The notes beneath the pieces were generated by a model. It was not told the origin of the DNA. It made no database searches and saw only the letters and a list, made by a program, of their open reading frames with translations. Positions 1 through 11,102 of a DNA stretch of 55,361 bases are shown here, piece after piece. The translations under genes were made by a program, and so were the position numbers. The stretch comes from Spongospora subterranea f. sp. subterranea. Its lineage: Eukaryota. Each line of letters begins with the position of its first letter. The stretch's first letter is position 1. The stretch covers positions 62,001 through 117,361 of the forward strand of contig JAUGWO010000005.1 of the NCBI GenBank assembly GCA_049724395.1, given 5' to 3'.

Positions 1-961
1 ATTTGGCAATGCAGATCAAATACGTTGCTGGTACGTATAATATTTTATGTGTGACCACTAATCAGGTAGAACTCGTTTTACATTGTCACTATCCATACAA
101 ACGCCGTCTGTCAAAAGGTGAACGAACAGTTTCGTTATGAAGCTGGCCATGCAACTCCCGGAAGCACTACTTTTCCTGCACTTGGTTCGTAATGTTGCGA
201 CATGACGGTGGGTTTATCCAAGATTCTGAGGAGAGTCGTCAGGATTGCAGTGGAACCACTCCGCCAATGTGCGATATCTTCTCAGCTTTGACGTTCATTG
301 TCAGAGGGTTGTATCTATTCTCAAATCCCCGTTCTCCAATTCCATCACAGTGCCATTCCAGGTGCTGGCATCATCACTCTATTTGCTCTGTTGATAACTT
401 ACGCTGTTCAGATTACAGAATCCGGGTTTATTGCCGTTCCATGTTAACAATGTTCCGCCACTCCCGTGTCCCGCGGTATTCCTTCAGCGGAGAAGGTGTT
501 GGACTCGTAATAAACTCTGTGGAATTGGGCTTATGCGCTTACTAAGAAATGCTGAGCTAAATGGAGTGTGCGAAGAAATACAGTTCGCCTGTTCCAGATA
601 TAGCATCATCGATACTGATAGGGAGTCTTCTGGCCTAGCGGCGGTTATCAAAGTTGAGCTGATTGGTGACGAAGTCCCTGTTTATATTGGGGCCATCCCC
701 CCAGCTGGGTATCAGGTACATCAAATCATGATAAGAGTTGTCCGTTAATCAAGTGCAATGGTACAGGTGATTTATATCACTGATCATATTCATTCTAGCC
801 ATCAGCCCAAATTTTCATTAGGAAGCTCGATTTACGAATCTGTAACAAGCTTATTGACTGCTGAGAGTGGCACCTTTAGGGACCTGTTCAACCAACATTT
901 GCAGCGCCAGTTATTGGCACTCACAGAAAAACAATGCACGAGCGACTTTGATGCAAGTTGA
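1..961 (+). CDS. 3' part of a multi-exon hypothetical gene (5' end outside window or unresolved)
   Basis: Consecutive + strand open segments separated by GT...AG stretches (e.g. ...GAIPPAGYQ|gtaca...acag|VIYITDH...), ending at a stop at 961, ~30 bp from the convergent transporter gene. No family recognised. Confidence 0.35.
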
Positions 962-990
962 TGCACATATGTCAAGATACATAAATTTAT

Positions 991-2237
991 TTATTCAACT
1001 TTCTCCCTATCATGCATCAATAATTTCCTTGGTAGGCTATACAAAATTGTTCCGGCGAATACAAGGATAGCACCGATCCAATGAAACAACGTCAACGTAT
1101 TTCCCAAAAATACGACGCTAATCAAGAGTGAAACGAACTTCCTGATCGTGAGCGTAAACGTGCAGGTGAGCGTCGTAGAGAGACATGTGACGTCGTGTAC
1201 TCCTCGGACACAGATATATTGGGAAACTATGTTCCCAGCCAGTATTAAGGAATACGGTAGTGGGATATTCAGATAGGGGATGTATACATCAGTAGAACGA
1301 GTGATCAGTGCAGGCAATCGTGATATGATATCTGGAGCCAGAAACAAGAAAAAGGGTAAAGAAAAAAGGTGAGAATAAAACATGTTCTCTTGCGGATAGC
1401 GGCCGTATTGCTGATATCCCCATTCCTGCCAATGCCCGAGTATCGATGAGAGAATAAGAGAGATGAGCAACAGGGTAACACCCAACATCCATGGCAGAAT
1501 GCCCTTCCAATGATCAGTTCCTGGAGACCGGCCTGAATCAAGATGAACGCCTGGGGCATCACAGCAATTTGATTGCACAACACTATCCGCCAATGTAGCT
1601 ACAAGAACGCCTGTAGTTATTAGTAGACACGATATGATCTGATGTTTTGTGTATATCTGAGGAAGCCGTAAAAAAAAATGAAATACACTGCTGGCCTGTT
1701 CACATACTGTTTCTTGTAGACGAACAACCCCAATCCCATGCTCACGACTAATGAGCAGCTTCGGAATAGCATATGAAATGGAATTGAGATATTAAAAATG
1801 AAAACGACCTGAGTGAGAGAAGTTAGGCTAGTCGACGGCATGAACGGTAGATTACATTGTTGATTAACGAAACTATTACGAACACTGATGTTGTTTTGAA
1901 GAAGAAACCAATAGGAGACCGTCTTTCTTGAAGATATAGTGAGCCGTCTCGGTACTGCAAGTGAGTAATTAAACCAAACAAAGATATGAAAACAAATTGA
2001 GAGGCGGTGATGGTATTGCCAATTCCTAAATCCGAGTTGATCAACAACTCTAGCACGGTAATGAGCAAACGAATCATAACATGTATCGGACGGCAGACCT
2101 AGGGATACGTTGTTTAGCGCACAGCCAAGGAACACAAACGTAATTGCTCTAAATAGAGCACGGTCGAGGAACGACTTCGAGCGTCTTAAAGATAGCCTTG
2201 CCACGCCAGCGGCTTGACCTTCCCGACTTGTGGCCAT
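991..2237 (-). CDS. UAA-family nucleotide-sugar transporter (UDP-GlcNAc/UDP-xylose, SLC35B4/YEA4-like), multi-exon
   Basis: Motifs FLGCALNNVSL, GNTITASQFVFISLFG, FNISIPFHMLFRSCSLV, QENMFYSHLFSLPFF, NIVSQYICVRGV, LTIRKFVSLLISV and HWIGAILVFAGTILYS match SLC35B4/Yea4; several hydrophobic segments. Confidence 0.85.
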
Positions 2238-2581
2238 TGTTTTACTGGGATGATTATCAGACAAACCCTGTAGAAGATTGAGGAAAGTGATTTAACGATG
2301 ATGGAGATCAAGCGCGGGATATGACTGAACCAAGTACACTATACTGTATCCACTTTATATCATCAACAACACCAAACTTTGAAAAGTGTGTTGAAATCGA
2401 GAGAAATGACCAGATCGGGTTGCCTGCAGAATATGGAACGCAACTCTACCATATGGTCTAGTTCCGGTGACAAATTGCTCGAAAATGCCTCGGTCATCAT
2501 CGTCCAATAATTGTACTGTAGAGAAAGAAGAAAATAAAAAAACAGTATATAGATTGATATATTAATAAGATGATATTTCCA

Positions 2582-5500
2582 TTAACGAGGACGCCGAGCC
2601 AGGCCCAAGACAGATAAGATCGACCGACGAACCTCCAAACGCGAGTTCTGCACGAACCTAGCCAGTTCATGGCGAAGCTGAGGCGGCTCTTTGCTGGTGT
2701 CAATGATGTGGGCAAGCTTGGAGCTGGGTAGTTGAAGCATAATGGGATATATGATTGGGGGATGGTCCTTCGGCAGCAAACTATAAAACCGTGCCATAAT
2801 TCAAGGTTCGGCATATCCCATATTCTCTTGTTGACCAATTTACTCAGAATCGACATGGCGAACTCAGTTAATAATGGGTGTGCTGCCAGAACTTGGATTA
2901 ACGTCCTCATGAACAGTACAGGAATGGGATTCCTCTCAACGACTTGCTGTAGTACGACGGCGAGAACTTTATCGGTGTATGCGTCACGGTTGAATATACA
3001 GAGCTGAGTTGCATCCATGACTTTGCGAAGAAGAGGATGGTCTGGGGTTGGTGCAACTAGATGCAGCCTCACTAGAACCTCCGATGGGGATACAGGAGAC
3101 CTTGAGCTTAATAAGACCTTGAGCGCTTGCTCCACATGGACTTTAGGAAGTGACACCAGATTCGGAAGTGATTCTAGGACATCACCACGAGACATGCCTG
3201 GGAAATCGACATTAACGCAAGAACACTAGGGATACAATAGAGATAGTAAAACTTAAAAAATCGATTACCTGACATCACCGGAATTAAAAACCGGGCATCA
3301 CGAGATTTGGAATAGCAGATCTGTCCAATTTCAACAATTGCAGGACTGACACGATCTTCAACACCATCGGTCAATATATGAAGGACATGAAGCACCAACG
3401 GTTCTGATCCAGAGGGACTCTGCTTCAAAGCGTCGATGAGTGCAGGAGATGTCGCCCCTGAATGAAACGACGACAGCGTAAGGGTTTACATGGGCCACGA
3501 TTATTAACACACACTTACCGATCGTCTTGACGAGTCGCAAGACGTTTTTATGAATACTGGCACGAACACGACTACCTCGAGAAGACACCAAAGAGAACTG
3601 CGATAAAATTCCAGCAAACAAATCGTGTCGTTTCGAGCAGAGCGCAAAATACAGTTCCAATCGGCGTCCAGCTTCAGCTTCTATTAAACCGTCGACCGGA
3701 GAAGACTTGTCGGCCTCTAATGAATCTTCAATAACCTTGGACCTAACACTAGTCAAAAAAAATACCGAGAAATTTTTGAACCATTTATACTCATGTTCTT
3801 GCATTTGACCTTCTTCAACCTTTTCGTGACTTTCCGAACTACGTTCTTCTGTCCACATTAGACTCTAAGTCTCCTTGAGAATCGATCTGCATTGCTTCGT
3901 CGGTAGCGGAAATCTCCTCAGACCGCTCCGAGGACATTTCCTCGGACAGATCAGTTGCCATCTCCTCGGATGAACCGACAGCGATTTCCTCAGAAACATC
4001 TTCATGATCAGACGATTTGGACAGTGATGCTAGATATGAAGCTTCGATATCGTTCTCAAAAGGTTCTGACATTGTACTAAATAGCTCAGCAGCAAAATTG
4101 ATTATCGGCATCTGCACTGGATCGCCCAGCGGGAATATTTGCTGGGAAATAAGGGCGACTGCAGGTTTCCGCAACGACGTATTTGCCGATGTTGTATACT
4201 TCAAAATTCGATTGAGAACTGTTTCCCTATTAGCTGGGCGCTTCAAAATCACATTTCGCAAAGCGAATAACGCGGTAGTACGTCTCAATTCGTTATCCGA
4301 TGAACAACCCTCGAAGAAAAAAGCGATTGAGTTGTCGAGTTGTGAAAGCAAAATCGATTCCATCACCTTATCTACCACGTCTAATGCTTCTGGTGCAAGT
4401 AACGCGCAACAGCACAGGAAGTTCGACAGAGTCCCAGCAGGCGCCGACCAAAGAGCATCGATTATAGTTATGAGGCTTGATGTGTATAGGCTGATATGAC
4501 CCCGGGCCACCAACGCATACCCCATCTGTAATGCAGCGCTGCACCATTGAGCAGGTGATTTCTTGAATTTCTCAAGAAATGCAGATACACGGTCAGTATC
4601 GAATTGGGCTATCAACTGAGAAACAATTGCTTCAGTGACACTGGACCTCGTACAACTTGAAAATATCCTGTCGAATGCGCCATTAATCAGGTCACTTCTG
4701 GTCTCATCCGTAAGTTGTGGCACCGGGACTTCAGGAACCTGTTTCTTTTCGATTTGCGATTTCATAGACAGTGCATCCTCAACCTTCACCTCCGGGGCAT
4801 CTAGAACCGAGGCAGCATGCTTGAAGTCCAGTTCTAGCTGTGAGGCGTTATCAGATATAGCCGCGCTTCGTAAACGGGGATCTCTGAGTCTGGGATCACG
4901 AATAACAGTAGCTTGCTCAATAAGCAGCATCAAAACATTTCGGAACGACTCGTGGGTTTCAGAGAACTTCAAGGGAACGATATCAGGTAAATTTAACCGA
5001 ACACAGCGCATAATGAGCTCGATCTGGGTCAGAGGGGGTAGAATATCCAAACGCTCATGAACAAGTCTATCTTCATCAGCGTTCCTTGCGGATATCGATC
5101 GGGCAACTGATGATGGAGCCAGAGGACGTTTTCTTGTCGCCACGTACCTAAATGTGCAGAATATAAGACTCTCAAACGTGAAAATATCAATACCATACTC
5201 AATATTTAACGATGTGGCCAACGCTGTCAATGATTCCTGAGCCGATGGATCCTCGGCGCATGCAGAGATCAAGCGATTGAGCGGAATTCGAGCCATACGA
5301 ATACATCTGGTATACGAGACGGTGGCCATTGACAAAATACTAGGGAGTACTTCGGGTAATATCGACAAAGATCGCGAACACGCATCGCACAGGACGGACA
5401 AGACTAGCGAGCCAGAAGTCTGGCAGGGGTTGTCGGGATTACATAGCGGCAGTAAAACAGGGAGAAACACAGAAGGCGATTGGAATGACAAATTGTGAAT

Positions 5501-5599
5501 CGCACGAAGACGAACACCGAGATTGAGACTGGAAACAGCGGACACTAACGCCGGGACGTCAAGATCCCTGGCTGATGCATCTGGAGATAATGACTCCAT
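2582..5599 (-). CDS. SYMPK: Symplekin (pre-mRNA 3'-processing scaffold), multi-exon, with apparent frameshifts
   Basis: Symplekin C-terminal motifs ELYFALCSKRHDL, PLVLHVLHILTD, DARFLIPVMSG, SPVSPSEVLVRLH, PIPVLFMRTLIQ and IWD...WHGFIVCCRRTIPQSY; RDPRLRDPR motif in the long upstream ORF. Confidence 0.85.
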
Positions 5600-6047
5600 A
5601 CTGAAACTTCGTTGCCAAAGCCAATATTACGGGTCGCAGGGCAGCACTATAGATATTATGACGCCCTGAATGCCGATCGGCTTATCCACCTTCTTAGGGT
5701 CTCGACTGCATTTGCAGGAAATGGATAATGGGCCAATGTGACGACTCTGTCTAAGGTCTCGGGACCCGCAACAGTCCGCACCGTGGTGGACCTCAGTATT
5801 GTACATCTAAGTGTATATATAGTTATGCGACAATCACTGCCGACGATGGCAACGAGAGTGCAACGAACCAACGACAATGACCAGGACGCAACCGGATGAC
5901 CAATGACGACTCCATTTATATTTTATGTTGTTGACGTGTCGCCTACCGAGCGGATTGCACTCCTCGTAATAGCGTAGTTCCCAGCAAGGTTTGGGGATTA
6001 GTAGTCGGCCCTTGACTTTACAGTTGTAATCAGCCGGGCCGAAAATT

Positions 6048-9000
6048 TCAAGTAGGAGTGCCCGTTGTTAATTCGCTTGTTACGTTCTCGACAAGGTCAA
6101 GAACGATCCCGCGAAGCTTAGCGAATATATCGAAGTAGAGGATATGAGCTCCTTGAGCGGTGTATCCAAAGCCGAATTGAGTCGAGCAATGTCGAATGCG
6201 ATGTTCGACAGGAACCGCATGCAATCTTTCCGAACGCTTTCGAAACGATATCGGCAATTTTCTTCTATCGTTTTCAGTGCTGTTATCCACCAAAGTCCAC
6301 ATATCGACGGTCTTGCAGTTCTCATAGACAATAGCAACAGAGCAAAACGTGCCAAATACCGCCATATCTCGAGGAACAAGATTCATGGACGACGCCGGAA
6401 TGGGTAGTCTGTATATCATCATCAACGAGCACATCACGTGAACGACGGCGCTTGTGTTTACCGATATATCAAAGAACCACTCGCTAAGGATACGACTTCG
6501 ACGGCAGCCGAAGAATGCTGCAGTAGAACCAGAAAATCGGTGCCAGGAGGATCAAACAACCGGCTAATTTGCCAAAGAGGTAGTCCAGCTGACTGTTGTG
6601 TTGGATCATCAAGTTTGTTGACCTGTGTCAGCCTTAGAATGGTTTTTGTGGAAACAATATCGCCTTGTGCGTCAACTGATATCAAGTGAAACGACGAATC
6701 GGTGGGCTTCCCTGCATCCTCGTCTCTAATTAACAGTCATTGAGAAATGTGTTTAGATTTCCTGTTGCGTAAAACTACCTAGGCAGCAATGACAACATCA
6801 GGATTTCACGTTGCGAGGGCAACATTTTGGCGTCGATTATGCGCCCCCGGCGGGTGTAGGTTGTTGCTTCGATTCGCTCATGAGAGCAGAGTAGGCCAGA
6901 TCCAGGATCGTACCTCAAAGTATGGACCATTGTTGTAGAGCCGGTCTCTAAAACCTGATGATATACACCGGGCTGCGACTGATAATACCTATCGGATTTG
7001 AGTTGCCTCAGAATATCCTGTTCGTAAACGATGGCGTTGACAACGACAGATGCCCCAGGGACGGGAAACAGTAGTTGGGCAGCTGCAGTTGGAGATACGC
7101 TATACGAACTATCGATAATTTCGATACGATGGCGCTTGCTTGCATCGAACCAACAATCGAACCCGGAAAATCGCTCGCAGGTCCAGACGCACAGGTTGCC
7201 ATCGAAATCGAGAGATATCAGGTGATCTGGGCGCTGAGATGCGCCTATAGCGCCGATTAGTTTCACAGGAGCGCGATGCCCATGCAGGTATTCTCTCTTG
7301 ATGAAAGGACCTGGTGTTGAATTTCTAGAGGACTTGGCAAGAGGGGGTTCTCGCGTCGCCAGTGATTTTCTAGTCAGCTGTAGCCCCGGCCTGGAAATAT
7401 CTGTCATTGAAAAGCACGACAGATCGAGGACATGCGAACCGACTTGTTCAGATTCCACCGCAGCATGACCCCAGACGTTGTTCCAATAACGCAGGCGGCC
7501 GGCGATAAATCAAAGTTCAACGCCATGTCCAACCTGACTACGCTAGGTACAAGAGGCACAGGAGCGGTTTCCAGACTACGATATGCTCGCGACAAGTCTT
7601 CAGCGGAAAGACTGTACAACAGGTTGGCGCCCATGATCGACTCTCCTGAGATTACATTAGTTTGTTGACGATCAAACCACGTGATGTTTTACGCGATCTG
7701 GATTTGTTGGGGCTTCGACTGCATCTCCAAACCTGTACTCTACCTTGGTTATCTAGAGTGATGGCTTGCTGAATCATCGATATCGGATCCACTTCAACCG
7801 ATACCCATCTTCGTTTTCGGTCAGGTGGCGCCACTAACCATGATCGTCGCGATACGTCGTGATCCCCTATGCACACTACCTCCAACGACCCATCCAATCC
7901 AGCCAACAGGATTACTTGATTATTGGCCGATATGTGAATTCGCATATAGCCTTTACTGCAGGTTCCTCCTGTGATTACGCCAGATTCTGCACTCCAATTG
8001 CTGCAATATTCTCTCTCGATTTCAGTGTCTGTCGGCGAGCATAATGTGATAGCGCCCATGGGATATATATTGATGGCGTCAACGTGTTCGTCAATGGCCA
8101 GCGTATTGGTCGCATCAGCATTCACCGCATCGGAAGGCGTCGACTGGATCAGGCGGGAGACCGGCTACCGTGGAATATCAATCAGCCAGGCGCTTCACCA
8201 AAACACAATGGCGAAGTACCTCATTCCTCAACTTCCGCAAAAAAGAAAATGAAGACTTTGAACCTTTCTCGGCTTCGTCGGAAGAGCCCTGTTCAGCATT
8301 TTCTGTCAAGATGCACCGATGTTGGTATCTTTGAGTGCAATGTTTTTCGCTTCGCATGAACATGATTTCGTCAAACGCCAGATTGATTTCTTCATTCTCT
8401 TGGTGAACGTTCGAGTCCTTCAGTAGGACATTTTTGATAAGGCGAAAAACGGATTCATAGAAGCCAATCGTGGAGCTGGCTATTTCGAGCACCATTTCAG
8501 AAACTGTCGCGTCCACAATGGCGTTCCACATTGTGAAGCTGATCAACGTCAACTCACGCTCTGTTCGCTGCATTTCGAAGTCATTCTTGTTTTTTTGCCA
8601 CTGAACGTATTCCTCGTTCGATTGCAGTGATTTTGTCTCGCGCTCCATTATGTGCTTCACAATTCCAGGCAATATCGCTTTTATGAGATGAGATCTGATT
8701 TCAGAATAGGAGTTTGAGGACTCAATCCCGCGCTCTGATTCTCCATCGCGGGAACCGATTGTCTGAAGCTGTTGTAGCCTCCTCCTGCCGACGGCAAGCT
8801 GCTCTCGATGATGAACCAAACGCTCTTCAAGTACTTGCAACGACGACGCATCTGGAACATGATCTCGTGGAAGCTTGTTTTCTGGTGAAATCGAGAGATT
8901 GTGGTCGTCGTTCGCTAGCAGAAATTTGATAGGAGGGGCACGGCCAAGTTCGACGTCTTCCAGGACACACATCCCTTTCTTCTGAAGCGATAAAGCTTGG

Positions 9001-9871
9001 GATTTCTTCAAACGGCTAATTTCCATTTCTTTCAGTAGCTCTGACCTTGACAAGTTCATCTGCCGAAGCAGCAAATCTCTTTCAAAACGCAAATTCTGTC
9101 GTTCAATACTCCTTTTACTGATCAGACTCTCTAAGGATGTGGAGGATGCGTTCCGATCTACAGATACGTTAACACGTTGAGATAGCATCAACGTTTGTTC
9201 TAACCAAGGGGTGCGGAGACGCCGAAGTTGCTGGCGTCTTGTCTTGATTTGGATTCGGCCTCAGACTGCAAGACTGTTGCTCGCCGCAGAAGATGTTGTA
9301 AATTATCCACAGAGAATTGCTCCCTGGCAGATAGCTCGAATCGAATGGCATCACATTGCGCTTTTTTTGTTCGGAGAAGCTGTTGGATGACGGTCTGATG
9401 ATCTTGGAACTGATGCAGCTCAACATCTACGTATCTAACCAAATCAAGCCTCTTTTCACGAGTCACGTTGGCAACCTGTTAGAAGGCGTTAGAGAAGAGC
9501 ATGGGGGGAGAGTTGGACACGTGTAAACAAACCTGGGTCGATAGCGACGTTTCTTCGTCAATCAACGAATTCAATAAAGAACTATGTCTTGATATTGCGG
9601 CCTGCAACTCATGACGTTTGGCTTGGGATTGACGAATTGACTCTTCCGCTTGCAGAAGTTGTTGTTCTAATTCCGCCCTTTGGTTGGCTTTCTCCAGCGA
9701 GCCGTTTCGTAGCAGAAGCTGGCGGGCGGTATTTAATTGAGCAGTTTTTTTAGCAATTTCAACCTCCATTGTTGCCAGGCTCGCAACGGTAACCTCATAA
9801 TCATTGGAATCGGTCGCCGACAGCACACGGGAAGTATCCATATTCTTAAAACGGGATACCATCGTATTCAC
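6048..9871 (-). CDS. Large multi-exon protein with N-terminal coiled coil and C-terminal WD40-like repeats (boundaries approximate)
   Basis: Chain of minus-strand ORFs: Q/E/L-rich heptad segments (9479-9871, 8178-9191) followed by WD40-like strings ILLAGLDGSLEVV, AITLDNQGRVQVW and HGHRAPVKLI...LISLDFDGNLCVW. Confidence 0.5.
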
Positions 9872-10299
9872 GGCCGCATGACTTGCGATCTACACATTCC
9901 GGAGACCTTTCTCCGCTGTGATTCTCTTGGGTCGTCAGGGGTCTGGGATTCGTCAGCATTAGCGAGCAGCGATTAATTGTGACATGCAGTATAAATTATA
10001 ACTCTGATTGTGAATTAGCTGGGCCGGCCCGTCGTCAACATAAATTCAATTGTTCAACAAGCGCGAGATTTTCCCGACCCATAGTAACCATGAATTACAA
10101 TGGCGAACGATGCACCTTGTACGGCACAGGTCATTGTAATTCATGGTTACTATGGGTCGGGAAAGTCGTGCCTCGTTCCTCTAACCAGGCTGTACGTGGT
10201 TCGAGTTGCTTATATGTCTTTTGACTTCCTCCATGCATGTCTAAGTATAAGCGAACTTATTCAAGCGCCTAGAGGAAGTCAAAAGACGTAATAAGCAAC

Positions 10300-10643
10300 T
10301 CGAATCTACGTGTCCACAGGTGAAGCTAACAGCGATTATGTGTCGTAATCTGTCGTAATCGTGCACATAATAGTGCATTTGATATGTTATTCGTCAAATG
10401 TTGACTGAACTCGATTTCAGCCAGAAATTACCGACCCGAGTCTTTGAAGACAACCAAGGATGTATTGCCATCAGCAAGAATAGGCGCGCCGACAAAAGAA
10501 CCAAACACATTGATCTGCGATTTCACTTTTGTCGCGATCAGATCGAACAAGGAACTATTGAGGTAAAGTATTGCCCAATGGAATCCTTGATCGCGGATGG
10601 ATTAACCAAGCCGGTCAACGCCCATGGTAGTAATAACGGATAA
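10300..10643 (+). mobile_element. Ty1/Copia RNase H remnant
   Basis: PTRVFEDNQGCIAISKN...KRTKHIDLRFHFCRDQIEQGTIEVKYCP...IADGLTKP is the canonical Copia RNase H C-terminus; upstream part decayed. Confidence 0.85.
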
Positions 10644-10829
10644 CGGAGAACCAGGGGCTTCGATTCCGGAGAGAATTTACACTGAATTTACGTTGACATT
10701 GCTCTACTGTCAGCATAGATGCACTTCGCTACACTATAGTGTTGTATCTGTATAGTCCCTCGATCTAGTGACTTTTGACTGTGATGGCTTCAAGGTGTCG
10801 CTAACTGAAAATAGACACTCAAGCGAGGG

Positions 10830-10998
10830 TGTCAGTTCCGAGGTGTCACTGAATCGAGGGAGAACTCTGTACTGTGCAAGCACTGTCATTGGTAACAAAG
10901 AGATAATCGGCATGGCTTCTCGTTAGTGTAACGATACAAATAATGAATCAAGCTACACCGTCAACTGTACTTAGTGTGAGTCACATTATTTGTCAACA
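10830..10998 (+). repeat. Putative 3' LTR of the Copia remnant
   Basis: Purine run AAGCGAGGG followed by TGTCAG..., ending ...TCAACA; no partner LTR in the window, so ends are inferred. Confidence 0.35.
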
Positions 10999-11102
10999 TC
11001 TCACAGGAAATAGTGTGAGTCGCTCTATTTGTGAACTGTGGGTGGGGATAAATAGCGTGCCCTCTCTACATTATCTAATACAGTACTCGCTCTGTCCCAT
11101 TA

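Noticed and set aside
4017..5498. Plus-strand ORFs opposite symplekin (and similar antisense ORFs over pol, CFAP45 and the ankyrin genes)
   Set aside because: Shadow frames of real genes on the other strand, with no motifs of their own.
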